Of a DNA stretch of 58,103 nucleotides, positions 29,247-38,797 are shown in pieces (within the stretch, counting starts at the first letter, position 1; each line of letters opens with the position of its first letter). Source of the stretch: Pseudomonadota bacterium (GTDB lineage Bacteria > Pseudomonadota > Alphaproteobacteria > UBA9219 > RGZA01); assembly GCA_048498415.1 (NCBI GenBank), contig JBEHYA010000002.1, forward strand, positions 1 through 58,103. Direction: 5' to 3'. The notes beneath the pieces were generated by a model. That model did no database searches, had not been told where the DNA came from, and saw only the letters and a list, made by a program, of their open reading frames with translations. The position numbers and the translations under genes are program-made.

Positions 29247-30356
29247 ATGAAGTCTTTGAAATTTGCAGCCTTGGCGGCGTTGGTCGCGGCGTTAGCTTTG
29301 CCGGGAGTGGCGAATGCCTATCCCAAGCAGGGTTATTACGTGGGTTTGGCCGGCGGTATCGGCCTGCAGCAGGATAGCGATGCCACCATCGGCGGCATCA
29401 AAGACCAGCTGCAATTCAGCCCCGGCTTTGCTGTGAGCGGCGACATCGGTTACGGCTTTGAAAACCAGCTGCGCCCCGAATTCGAAATTGCCTACCGCAA
29501 GGCGAATGTGAACAAGGTGACCGGCCCGGTCTCTGGCCCGAACACCACGGGTAACTACAACTCCATCGATTTCATGGGCAACCTGTTCTACGACTTTGAT
29601 ACCCACACGGGCCTTACGCCGTATGTTGGTATCGGCGCCGGTATTGCGCTGACGGGTGCGGATAACGCCGGCACCGTCGTTGGCACCACGCTGGACAGCC
29701 AGGAAACCCTGTTTGCCTATCAGGGCATCGCCGGTCTGTCGTATGAAATCAGCGAACGTCTGGATGCCACCGCCGACTACCGCTACTTCTCGACGCTGGA
29801 ACCTGAATTCCACACCGCCGCCGGCGGTGTTGTTGCCGGTGACACCCGTTATGCCCAGCACACCTTCATGGTTGGTCTGCGCTACATCTTCGGCGTGCCC
29901 AAGCGCTTACCGCCCCCGGTTGGCATGCGCTCGGCGCCCCGCCCGGTGAACGTTGTTCCCGCCATGGTTCCGCCGATGATGCCGGTTGTGCAGGCCCCGC
30001 CCGCACCGCCCCCGCCAGCCGTGCCGGAAACCTATATCGTGTTCTTTGACTTCGATAAGTATTATTTGACCTCGGAAGCCAAGGAAACCCTGAACCGTGC
30101 GTCGGATGCCTTCAAGCGTGGCGGCGTCGCCCGCGTGGAAGTCACCGGCCATACCGATACCATGGGTACCAACCGCTACAACCAGCGCCTCTCCGAACGC
30201 CGTGCGCGCGTTGTGCGTGAGTACATGGTCGCCTCGGGCATTCCGGATGCTGAAATCAGCACCCGCGGCGCCGGCGAACGTGAGCTGATGGTTCCCACCG
30301 CCAACCAGGTCCGCGAAGCGAAGAACCGCCGCGCGGAAATCGTCCTCAAGCAGTAA
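29247..30356 (+). CDS. OmpA-family outer membrane protein (beta-barrel + Pro-rich hinge + OmpA/MotB domain)
   Basis: 369 aa from the ATG at 29247. Signal peptide MKSLKFAALAALVAALALPGVANA, barrel-like alternating strands ending in F, a PPPAPPPP hinge, and a C-terminal OmpA domain (VTGHTDTMGTNRYNQRLSERRARVV, NRRAEIVL). Confidence 0.88.
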   Translation: MKSLKFAALAALVAALALPGVANAYPKQGYYVGLAGGIGLQQDSDATIGGIKDQLQFSPGFAVSGDIGYGFENQLRPEFEIAYRKANVNKVTGPVSGPNTTGNYNSIDFMGNLFYDFDTHTGLTPYVGIGAGIALTGADNAGTVVGTTLDSQETLFAYQGIAGLSYEISERLDATADYRYFSTLEPEFHTAAGGVVAGDTRYAQHTFMVGLRYIFGVPKRLPPPVGMRSAPRPVNVVPAMVPPMMPVVQAPPAPPPPAVPETYIVFFDFDKYYLTSEAKETLNRASDAFKRGGVARVEVTGHTDTMGTNRYNQRLSERRARVVREYMVASGIPDAEISTRGAGERELMVPTANQVREAKNRRAEIVLKQ

Positions 30357-30380
30357 GCTTAAGGCGATAACCTTAAAACA

Positions 30381-30416
30381 AAACGCCGCCGGTTTTTCCG
30401 GCGGCGTTTTTGTTTG
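30381..30416 (+). terminator. Rho-independent terminator of the OmpA-family gene
   Basis: CGCCGCCGG (30384-30392), TTTTT loop, CCGGCGGCG (30398-30406), then TTTTTGTTT. Confidence 0.85.
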
Positions 30417-30423
30417 TCTTGAC

Positions 30424-30504
30424 GACTGCCCCGTTGAAAAACGGGGCCCATCGCTCAGCAATCAGATCGTGGATGAATGGGCCCCGGCTTTCGCCGGGGC
30501 ATAC
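30424..30504. repeat. 81-bp double-hairpin repeat, copy 1 (downstream of pip)
   Basis: GACTGCCCCGTTGAAAAACGGGGCCCATCGCTCAGCAATCAGATCGTGGATGAATGGGCCCCGGCTTTCGCCGGGGCATAC. Two GC hairpins (30428-30447 and 30481-30500) flank a spacer. It closely matches the reverse complement of 31496-31576. Confidence 0.8.
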
Positions 30505-30511
30505 AGGTTAG

Positions 30512-31471
30512 CTAACCCACAATATCCTTAAACCGTTCGGTCGCTTCAATTAAGGCGGAGCGGATGCCGGGTTCTAAAGCGGCGTGGCCGGCATCGGGGA
30601 TGATTAAGTATTCGGCTTCTGGCCAGGCGTTGTGCAGCTTATAGGCATTGGCCACCGGGCAGATCATGTCATAGCGGCCATGCACGATCACCCCGGGGAT
30701 GTGGCGGATTTTCTCGACGTTATCAATAAGGCGGGTGACGGGCTTAAACAGGTTATGTTTGAAGTAATGGGCTTCGAGGCGCGAAATACCAATCGCGCGG
30801 CGGCCGCCGTCTTTCAGCTGGTTGCTGTCGGGGCTGGGCAGCAGGGTGGAGCAGGCGCCTTCATAACTGCTCCAGGCAAGGCATGCGCGAAGGGCAATAT
30901 CCGGATTGGTATCGTCCATGAGCTTGATATAGGCATTCAGCAAATCGCCGCGTTCGCGCTCCGGCACCACGCTGGCAAAACTTTGCCATGCTTCGGGGAA
31001 AACAGTGCTGAGGCCATAAAGAAACCAGTCGATCTCCTGCGGCTCGAGCAGGCAAATGCCGCGCAGGATCAGGCCCAGCACGCGATCCGGATGGGCTTGC
31101 GCATAGGCTAAAGCTAATGTGCTGCCCCACGAGCCGCCAAACACGTGCCAGCGCGAAATACCGAAAGCCTCGCGCAGCTGCTCGATATCGTTGATGAGAA
31201 GTTCGGTGGTGTTATTGCGCGTCTCGCCCAGCGGGGTGGAACGGCCGGCGCCGCGCTGGTCGAACAGAATAATGCGGTAGCGCGCGGGGTCGAAAAAGCG
31301 GCGGTGAATGCTTTGCGTACCGGCGCCGGGCCCGCCATGCAGGAACACAATCGGCAGGCCATGCGGGTTGCCGCTGACTTCCCAATACAGGGTATGCAGC
31401 TCATCCACGCGCAGCCAGCCGGTCTGGAAGGGCTCGATGGGCGGGAAGAGTTCGCGGCGTTTCATGGGCAC
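30512..31471 (-). CDS. pip: Proline iminopeptidase (prolyl aminopeptidase, alpha/beta hydrolase)
   Basis: 319 aa. LHGGPGAG, FDQRGAGRSTP, GGSWGSTLALAYAQAHP (nucleophile elbow GxSxG), C-terminal DAGHAA. Confidence 0.9.
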   Translation of the reverse strand: MPMKRRELFPPIEPFQTGWLRVDELHTLYWEVSGNPHGLPIVFLHGGPGAGTQSIHRRFFDPARYRIILFDQRGAGRSTPLGETRNNTTELLINDIEQLREAFGISRWHVFGGSWGSTLALAYAQAHPDRVLGLILRGICLLEPQEIDWFLYGLSTVFPEAWQSFASVVPERERGDLLNAYIKLMDDTNPDIALRACLAWSSYEGACSTLLPSPDSNQLKDGGRRAIGISRLEAHYFKHNLFKPVTRLIDNVEKIRHIPGVIVHGRYDMICPVANAYKLHNAWPEAEYLIIPDAGHAALEPGIRSALIEATERFKDIVG

Positions 31472-31495
31472 ACTATAGACGATCCAAAACCATTT

Positions 31496-31576
31496 GTATG
31501 CCCCGGCGAAAGCCGGGGTCCATCTATCAACATCTGGATTGCTGAAGTATGAGTCCCGGCTTTCGCCGGGACATAC
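31496..31576. repeat. 81-bp double-hairpin repeat, copy 2 (upstream of pip, inverted)
   Basis: GTATGCCCCGGCGAAAGCCGGGGTCCATCTATCAACATCTGGATTGCTGAAGTATGAGTCCCGGCTTTCGCCGGGACATAC. Its reverse complement aligns with copy 1, with near identity over the last ~50 nt, including TCAGCAATC and CCCCGGCTTTCGCCGGGGCATAC. Confidence 0.8.
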
Positions 31577-31581
31577 CGTGA

Positions 31582-34500
31582 TTAGTTTTTACCAGCCGCC
31601 CAGGGCTGCAACTGGCGCAGCGCCAGTGCGATCTGTTCGGAGTGGATGCGTGTGCTGCCCGCCATATCGGCGATCAAATGGTCGTAAGGGGCCATATTGA
31701 TCTTCTTGCCCTCCAGCCAGCTGCGAATGCACTCGGCCGCGCCCGCCGGCTTCTTGGCATTGCCGCTGGCCAGAATGGCCTGCCGCGCCAGACCCGCCTG
31801 CACGCCATAGAAGTCATCGATCAAATGGCCGATGGCTTCGCGCTGCCAATGGTTTTCCACGGGAAGTTGCATCGCTTCACGGCGCAGCCATTGCAGATGG
31901 AAACGCTCTTCGATGCCAAAATAGATTTCGGCCACCTGTTCCAGCTTCTGTTTGGTGTCACCCGCGATCTTGATGATTTCGGGCACAAGTGCGAGGAGAG
32001 GCAGGAACAGCACGTTCTTGACCAGGTCATCCGGCACGCCGGCGTCCTTGTATTCCTGCCATTTTTCCATGGTGCCGGTGCCGTGGAACAGGCGGGTGTA
32101 GTTTTTCTCCAGCCATGCGCGCACGGTGGCCACAGCGGCGCGGTGCGTATCGGTCACTTCCGCGGTGTCTTCCAGCTTCACATTGCCCAGATACCATTCG
32201 GTGCCTTTTTCAATGAGATTGCCGAGGCGGTTGAAGATGTCGATCTGGATCTTGGCCGGCACCTTGCCATCCAGGCTTTCAATGCCGTGCCACATATCGC
32301 GCAGGCTATACACATCACGCGTGATGGCATAGGCGCTGGTGATATCGGCCGCGCTGCGGCCGGTGCGTTCCTTCATGGCGATGGCAAAATGCAGGCCGGC
32401 GCGGTTTACCAGGCTGTTAGTGGTGAAGGTTGCGATGATTTCGCGGCGCAGGCGGTGCTTTTTCACATATTCCGCATAATCCGTCTGCATGGCTTTGGGG
32501 AAATACAGGAATAAATCGCCTTCCAGCGCTGGATTATCGGGCAGGTTGGATGCCAGAATTTCATCATACAGCGCCAGCTTGGCATAGCCCATCAGCACGG
32601 CGAGTTCCGGGCGGGTGAGGCCTTTATTGGCGCGCAGACGCTCCTGAATTTCATCGTCGGAAGGCAGGAATTCAACCTTCCGGTTGAGAAGCCCGATGCG
32701 TTCCAGCTGGTGCATCATGTTGGTGTGCAACGGCAGAAGTTCGGCCGCACGGGATTCCGCAATCGAAAGCGCCATGGTCTGCAAATAGTTATCGCGCAGC
32801 ACCAGACGCGCGACATCGTTCGTCATTTTGGCAAGAACGGTGTTGCGGGATTTCAGCGTGAGCTTGCCATCCTGAATGGGCAGCGACAGCAGGATCTTGA
32901 TGTTTACTTCATGGTCGGAGGTATCGACGCCCGCCGAATTATCGATGGCATCGGTATTCAAACGCCCGCCATTCTGCGCGAATTCGATACGGCCTTTCTG
33001 GGTGAGACCCAAATTGGCGCCTTCGCCGATCACGCGGGCACGGATTTCGCCGCCATTGACGCGAAGCGTATCATTGGCGCGGTCGCCCACATCGGCATGG
33101 CCTTCTTCTTCGGCCTTCACATAGGTGCCAATGCCGCCGAACCATAATAGTTCAGCATCTTTCAGCAGCATGGCGCGCATAACGGCATCGGGCGAGACGT
33201 CACCGGCGGGAAGGCCCAGCATATCACGGGCTTCCTTCGAAAGTGCAACCGTCTTGCCGCTGCGCTCATACACGCCGCCGCCCTTCGAGAGCAGCTTTTT
33301 GTCGTAATCCGTCCACTGGCTGCCCGGCATATCGAACAGGCGCTTACGTTCCTTGTACGATTTAGCGGCATCCGGCGAGGGGTCGATGAAAATATGTTTG
33401 TGGTTGAAGGCGCCGAGCAAGCGAATGTGTTCGGAAAGCAGCATGCCGTTGCCGAACACGTCGCCCGCCATATCGCCCACACCGACAACGGTGAAATCTT
33501 CCTTCTGGATATCCTTGCCCATTTCGCGGAAGTGGCGTTTGACCGCTTCCCACGCGCCGCGCGCCGTAATACCCATTTCCTTGTGGTCGTAACCGACCGA
33601 ACCGCCGGAAGCAAACGCATCGCCCAGCCAGAAGCCGTATTCAAGCGAGATGGCATTCGCGATATCGGAGAATTTGGCGGTGCCTTTATCGGCGGCGACA
33701 ACCAGATACGGATCATCCGCATCGTGGCGCACCACGTCTTTGGGCGGCACAATCTTTTCGCCCTTACGGTTATCGGTGATATCGAGAAGCGCTTTAATAT
33801 AGGTCTGGTAGCAGGCAACGCCTTCCTTCGCCATATCGGGCGGGTTCGGCGTTTTCACAACGAAACCGCCTTTGGAGCCCACCGGCACAATCACGGTGTT
33901 CTTGACGTTCTGCGCCTTCATCAGGCCCAGGATTTCCGTGCGGAAATCTTCGCGGCGATCCGACCAGCGAAGGCCACCACGCGCCACCTTACCCATGCGC
34001 AGGTGAATGCCTTCCACCTTCGGCGAATAAACGAAAATTTCTACCATCGGGCGGGGCAGCGGCAGATCGTCCAGCGCCTTGCTGTTCAGCTTGATGGAGA
34101 CATATTCCTTCACGCTGCCATCGGCGGCCTTCTGGAAATAATTCGTGCGGAGCGTGTTCTGAATAACATTCAGATACCGGCGCAGCACGCGGTCGTGGTC
34201 GAGCAGCTTGACGCCGCGCAGATATTCCACGATCTGCTTTTCAATGCGCGCGCAGGCTTTGGCGCTGTCTTTTTTGGCAGCTGGGTCATGGCGGCTGATG
34301 AACAATTCCACCAGCTGGCGCGCGACATCGGGGTGTGCGGCTAATGTTGCCTGAATGGTCGCTTCCGAATACGGAAGGCGTGCCTGGCGCAGGTATTTGC
34401 CGATCATGCGCAGAATGACAACTTCGCGCCAGTTGAGGTCGGCGAGGAGCACCAGGCTGTTATAGCCATCGGCTTCCACTTCGCCCGTCCACATGCGGGT

Positions 34501-36447
34501 GAGGCAGTCTTCGAACTTGTCTTTGACATCCGCGAGTTTGAAATTGCTGAAACCGCTTTGCACATAGGCATGGCAGTCATGCACCCACACGCCCTTGTCG
34601 GCGCCGGCGGGCCTGATTTCAAACGGGCCTTCTTCCGATTTCGCGGCAAGGCCCATATGTTCCATCATGGGCAGAATGTGCGAAAGGGGAAGGGGGGCGC
34701 CGGCATTATACCACACCACGCTGAGTTGCGTGGCGTTGGCGCCGGCATCCTGATAAAGATGCACGGCCAGCTTGCCGGTTTTTAAAACTTCTTCCACAAA
34801 GGCAATATCGATCAGCGTATCTTTGGGTATCACGCTGTCGCAGTAGGCATCGGTAAAGGCGTCGCGATAACGCGTGGTGATGGCAAGGCCATGGCTTTCA
34901 CCAAACGCGGCCACCAGTTCATCCTGCAGGCGGCCCTGCCAGCCGCGGGCGGCTTCGTGCAATTCTTTTTCCAGCGCGGCCTTATTATAGGAAGGAATTT
35001 TGCCTTCCTTGATCTGCACCATGATAAAAATCTGGGCGAGCGCGGCTTCGGTGATCAGCACGTTATAGGCGGTGGCCGAGCCGTGGAAGGTGCGCGATAA
35101 AATGCTCTCGAATTCGCGGCGCAGCTTGCTGTCAAACTGTTCGCGCGGCATGAAAATCAGGCAGCTGACGAAGCGGCTGAACGCATCGTGGCGCACGAAC
35201 AGCGCCAGGCGCTGGCGTTCCTGTAGATCCAAAATGCCCATTGCGGCGTCGTAAAGTTCTTCGCCGCTGATCTGGAACAGTTCATCGCGCGGGTAGGTGG
35301 TGAGAATATGCGCCAGCGCCTTGCCGTTATGGCTGCGCGGATCAAGGCCGGCTTTATGTGTGACATAGGCAATACGTTCGCGGATCAGCGGCACGTCGCG
35401 CGGCATGCGGCTATAGGAAGCCGAGGTGAACAGGCCGATGAACAAACGTTCGCCCACCACCTTGCCGTTTTCGTCGTAGCGCTTGACCAGAATGGCATCC
35501 ATCGGCGCGCGGCGGTGCACCAGCGACTGGCGGTAAGCTTTGGTGACAATCGCCAGCTGCTTGCGTTCCAGAAACAGGTGAATGTCGGACGGCTGGGCGC
35601 CTTCGCCTTCATGCGTGTTGAACATCACCGACAGGGGATCGCGCAGAATGCCGAGGCCGCTGTGTTTGGCGACTTCCAGATGCTTGTTTTTGCCGGTGCC
35701 TTCCACCACATAATCGCGCACGCCAAGGAAGGTGAAATTATCGGCTTCCAGCCACGCCAGCAGTTCCGCGACTTCTTCGCGTTCGCCGGCCGGCAGGCCG
35801 GCCTGTTCGTTACCCGGCAGTTCCGTGAGCGTATCCAGCACTTTGGCGCGCATGGCGCGCCAGTCGTCGACCGCAAGGCGCACCTGATGCAGCACAGTCG
35901 TGAGCTGATTGGCGATTTCTTTCAATCGCGCTTCGTCGCGGGTTTCATCGATTTCGATATACATCCACGATTCCGTGATCGCGTCGTCGTTTTTCGATTT
36001 CTTGCCGGCGTAACCGGTGAAGTTGCCTTTGCTGTCGCGTGTGACATCCACCATGGGATGCACGATTAAATGCACGCCCACGCCCAAACGGTTCAGTTCC
36101 GTGCTGGTGCTATCTACCAAAAACGACATGTCGTCGTTGGCGACCATGATCACCGTGTGGCGGCTGATATAGCCGTCGGCCTTGGCGGTGGGGTTGAAGA
36201 CGCGGATTTTCGGGTTGCCCGGCTTGCGCACTTCAATGAAGTTGAAGAAGGCGCTCGCCATCGCCTGCAAATCCTGATCCACGAACTGGGTGCGGTCGCG
36301 TTCGGCGATATGGCTCGCCAAAATTTTGCGCATCTGCAGCTCATCCGCCGAAACGGTTTTCTTCGGTGCAGCCTTAACCACTTTCAAGGCGGGCTTGGCG
36401 GTTTTGGTCTTGCGGGGGGCGGATGATTTCGCTTTGCGTGCAGGCAC
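31582..36447 (-). CDS. gdhB: NAD-specific glutamate dehydrogenase, large (~180 kDa) class
   Basis: 1621-aa ORF. Its size and central catalytic region (GGLRWSDRREDFRTEILGLMKAQNVKNTVIVPVGSKGGFV, VVAADKGTA, GDMAGDVFGNGML) are typical of the large NAD-GDH family. The track start is a GTG at 36447, and an internal ATG gives MRKILASH 38 codons later. Confidence 0.92.
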   Translation of the reverse strand: MPARKAKSSAPRKTKTAKPALKVVKAAPKKTVSADELQMRKILASHIAERDRTQFVDQDLQAMASAFFNFIEVRKPGNPKIRVFNPTAKADGYISRHTVIMVANDDMSFLVDSTSTELNRLGVGVHLIVHPMVDVTRDSKGNFTGYAGKKSKNDDAITESWMYIEIDETRDEARLKEIANQLTTVLHQVRLAVDDWRAMRAKVLDTLTELPGNEQAGLPAGEREEVAELLAWLEADNFTFLGVRDYVVEGTGKNKHLEVAKHSGLGILRDPLSVMFNTHEGEGAQPSDIHLFLERKQLAIVTKAYRQSLVHRRAPMDAILVKRYDENGKVVGERLFIGLFTSASYSRMPRDVPLIRERIAYVTHKAGLDPRSHNGKALAHILTTYPRDELFQISGEELYDAAMGILDLQERQRLALFVRHDAFSRFVSCLIFMPREQFDSKLRREFESILSRTFHGSATAYNVLITEAALAQIFIMVQIKEGKIPSYNKAALEKELHEAARGWQGRLQDELVAAFGESHGLAITTRYRDAFTDAYCDSVIPKDTLIDIAFVEEVLKTGKLAVHLYQDAGANATQLSVVWYNAGAPLPLSHILPMMEHMGLAAKSEEGPFEIRPAGADKGVWVHDCHAYVQSGFSNFKLADVKDKFEDCLTRMWTGEVEADGYNSLVLLADLNWREVVILRMIGKYLRQARLPYSEATIQATLAAHPDVARQLVELFISRHDPAAKKDSAKACARIEKQIVEYLRGVKLLDHDRVLRRYLNVIQNTLRTNYFQKAADGSVKEYVSIKLNSKALDDLPLPRPMVEIFVYSPKVEGIHLRMGKVARGGLRWSDRREDFRTEILGLMKAQNVKNTVIVPVGSKGGFVVKTPNPPDMAKEGVACYQTYIKALLDITDNRKGEKIVPPKDVVRHDADDPYLVVAADKGTAKFSDIANAISLEYGFWLGDAFASGGSVGYDHKEMGITARGAWEAVKRHFREMGKDIQKEDFTVVGVGDMAGDVFGNGMLLSEHIRLLGAFNHKHIFIDPSPDAAKSYKERKRLFDMPGSQWTDYDKKLLSKGGGVYERSGKTVALSKEARDMLGLPAGDVSPDAVMRAMLLKDAELLWFGGIGTYVKAEEEGHADVGDRANDTLRVNGGEIRARVIGEGANLGLTQKGRIEFAQNGGRLNTDAIDNSAGVDTSDHEVNIKILLSLPIQDGKLTLKSRNTVLAKMTNDVARLVLRDNYLQTMALSIAESRAAELLPLHTNMMHQLERIGLLNRKVEFLPSDDEIQERLRANKGLTRPELAVLMGYAKLALYDEILASNLPDNPALEGDLFLYFPKAMQTDYAEYVKKHRLRREIIATFTTNSLVNRAGLHFAIAMKERTGRSAADITSAYAITRDVYSLRDMWHGIESLDGKVPAKIQIDIFNRLGNLIEKGTEWYLGNVKLEDTAEVTDTHRAAVATVRAWLEKNYTRLFHGTGTMEKWQEYKDAGVPDDLVKNVLFLPLLALVPEIIKIAGDTKQKLEQVAEIYFGIEERFHLQWLRREAMQLPVENHWQREAIGHLIDDFYGVQAGLARQAILASGNAKKPAGAAECIRSWLEGKKINMAPYDHLIADMAGSTRIHSEQIALALRQLQPWAAGKN

Positions 36448-36610
36448 GTGAACAACCTTTATGGCTACTTTTAATGGACAAACAGTGCTTTAATGAGGAA
36501 GGGAGGATGGCAAGGCTAAGCCCAAATCTCAAGCCTTTTGTATGCTGCGCCGCAACTTGGATTTGGACATTTTATCCTATTCTTAACCCCTCACGCCTCA
36601 ATCTTTAGCG

Positions 36611-37777
36611 ATGCTCAACGAACAAGATTTTATTCTGCATATCCGGCGCCTCCACCGCCTCAATGAGCCGCGCCTGATCATCAATATTCTGCGTGGCCTC
36701 ACCGATTACAGCGCCAGCGAGCAGGAGCCGGATAAAGTCGAGATTGCCCTCAAGCCCATGGCCGATGAAGTGCAGGGCGGCATGTATGTCATGAACAATG
36801 GCGACGTCTTTCTGAGCCTGCCGCTGGGCAGTGATTCGCAGCACCGTGCGCTGCACGACCATTTGCAGAATGTTGTTTTCGGCGCGCAGAACGAGATGAC
36901 GGCGCGGGGCGTGGTGCTTTATAAACTACCCGCCGATTACATGCCCGTGCGCGAACGCGCCAATGATTATATCGAGCTTGCCACCACCTCCGACGTCATG
37001 GGGCCCATCCGCCAGGCGGAAATGGCGCTGCAGGCCGAAGAAGTGCGCGGGCCCTTGACCGCATACAGCCTGAGCCAGGTCGAAAAACTCCTCGATAATA
37101 TCGATATCAAGCGCTATGTGCGCACGCAGCCCGTCTATAAACAGGGCGAAGACGGCGTGTGGAACAAGCATGTCATCGATTTTTTCCTCAGTGTCGGCGA
37201 TTTAAAGCGGGAACGTTTTCCGCGCCTGAATTTAGGCACGCCCGAACGCCTGTTTCTGGAGCTGTGCTGCACGCTGGATCGCCGGTTGCTGCTGGAACTC
37301 TGCGCCCAGCCGGATTTGTGGCGGGATAAAAAGATCAATCTCAACCTGTCGGCGGAAACCGTGCTTTCCTATGCCTTCGCCCAGTTCTGCCATGTGGTCA
37401 CCGGCGAGCGGCGCCACAATGTGAGCTTTGAATTCCACCGCTCCGATTTATTTCTGAATTTCACCACCACCAAGAATGCGATCGCAGTTCTGAAGGAAGA
37501 GGGCTTTGGCGTGGGTATCGATGGCATTACGCCGGCCACGCTGCCCTATATCAATTTCAACCTGCTGGACGTTGCCTATTACAAGATCAACGTCACGCGC
37601 GAAAAATGGCCGGAATTGATAGAAACCAGCGCGCGCACTGCGCTGGAAGCGCTGCCGCGTGACAAGGTGGTGTTCAGTCATTGCGACCATGAGGAAGCGC
37701 TGAAATTCGGCCAGCGCATGGGCATCAAGTTCTATCAGGGCTGGCTGATTGATGATTCAGTCAACGCGCTCGGCTGA
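36611..37777 (+). CDS. Degenerate EAL-like domain protein
   Basis: 388 aa. The C-terminal ~230 aa follows the EAL-domain layout (YVRTQPVY for QP.., INLNLS, GVGIDGIT for DDFG.G, YYKINV for KID, VVFSHCDHEEALKFGQRMGIKFYQGW for AEGVE....L...G....QG). The EAL/E..E catalytic positions are not conserved. I could not assign the N-terminal half. Confidence 0.45.
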   Translation: MLNEQDFILHIRRLHRLNEPRLIINILRGLTDYSASEQEPDKVEIALKPMADEVQGGMYVMNNGDVFLSLPLGSDSQHRALHDHLQNVVFGAQNEMTARGVVLYKLPADYMPVRERANDYIELATTSDVMGPIRQAEMALQAEEVRGPLTAYSLSQVEKLLDNIDIKRYVRTQPVYKQGEDGVWNKHVIDFFLSVGDLKRERFPRLNLGTPERLFLELCCTLDRRLLLELCAQPDLWRDKKINLNLSAETVLSYAFAQFCHVVTGERRHNVSFEFHRSDLFLNFTTTKNAIAVLKEEGFGVGIDGITPATLPYINFNLLDVAYYKINVTREKWPELIETSARTALEALPRDKVVFSHCDHEEALKFGQRMGIKFYQGWLIDDSVNALG

Positions 37778-37861
37778 TATTCACATATAAAAATGGTTTC
37801 CATCGCGCGTCATCTGGTCTACTGATGACAGCGGTATGTTTTTTTCTGTTTGATTCCCATA

Positions 37862-38701
37862 ATGCTTGATCAATTCATTGTCTCCGTTTCCGCCATGCTG
37901 CCGGATTTGCTGCTGCTGGCGGGCGCCGGGTTGATTGCCGGCTTTGTCGCCGGCCTGTTTGGCGTTGGCGGCGGCACCGTGACCGTGCCGGTGCTGTTCC
38001 ACTGGTTCCTTTTAATGGGCGCATCGGAAAATTCCGCCATGCACGTGGCGGTGGGCACGTCGCTGGCCACGATTATCGCCACCTCCTTATCCTCCATGCG
38101 CGCGCATAATAAAAAAGGCGCGGTGGATATGGAAATCATTCGCAACTGGGGGCCGTTTGTCGCCGGGGGCGCGTGTCTGGGCGTTTTTCTCGCGAGCCTG
38201 TTTTCCGGCGATACCATGCGCGGCATCTTCGGCGGGTTTTTGCTGTGCATCGCGTTTTACATGCTTACCACGCGCGAAGGGAAGGTGGCTTTCACGGAAC
38301 TGCCGCGCCTTGCCATTCAGCGCACAATCGCCGGCGTCATTGGCGCCATTTCATCGCTGGTGGGTGTGGGCGGCGGCGCGATGAGCGTGCCGGCGCTCTC
38401 GCTCTATGGCGTGCCGCTGCCAAAAGCGGTGGGCACATCCTCGGCGTTCGGCATGATGATCGCGGTGCCGGGGGTGATCGGTTTTATTTTAAGCGGCTGG
38501 GGTAAATTCGGTTTGCCCGCCATGTCGCTGGGCTATGTGAACCTGCTGGGCCTTGCGGTGCTGCTGCCCACCACCGCACTCATGGCGCCCATCGGCGCGC
38601 AGGCGGCGCATAAACTGAGCCGACCGAAGCTGCGGCTGGTTTTTTCGCTTTTTCTTACGTTTGTCGCAGTGAAAATGCTGTGGAATCTGCTAATGCGTTG
38701 A
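37862..38701 (+). CDS. TauE/SafE-family (DUF81) anion exporter-like membrane protein
   Basis: 279 aa from the ATG at 37862. It is polytopic, with duplicated GLFGVGGGTVTVPVL and SLVGVGGGAMSVPAL motifs characteristic of TauE/SafE. Confidence 0.75.
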   Translation: MLDQFIVSVSAMLPDLLLLAGAGLIAGFVAGLFGVGGGTVTVPVLFHWFLLMGASENSAMHVAVGTSLATIIATSLSSMRAHNKKGAVDMEIIRNWGPFVAGGACLGVFLASLFSGDTMRGIFGGFLLCIAFYMLTTREGKVAFTELPRLAIQRTIAGVIGAISSLVGVGGGAMSVPALSLYGVPLPKAVGTSSAFGMMIAVPGVIGFILSGWGKFGLPAMSLGYVNLLGLAVLLPTTALMAPIGAQAAHKLSRPKLRLVFSLFLTFVAVKMLWNLLMR

Positions 38702-38797
38702 TTTCATTAGCTAGGCACGTTTTGCCCTTAAAGGCTTGTTAAACCTTGGAAATCAGAATTGAGCCTTAGGTTTGGCCCTTTTTGAATCGCGTGCGCC

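Noticed and set aside
31642-36426. Series of plus-strand ORFs (290, 145, 316, 253, 118 aa etc.) antisense to the large glutamate dehydrogenase gene
   Set aside because: These are antisense shadow frames of a long GC-rich gene. Such frames opposite large NAD-GDH genes are a known source of mis-annotation. They show no motifs, and the minus-strand gene fully explains the region.
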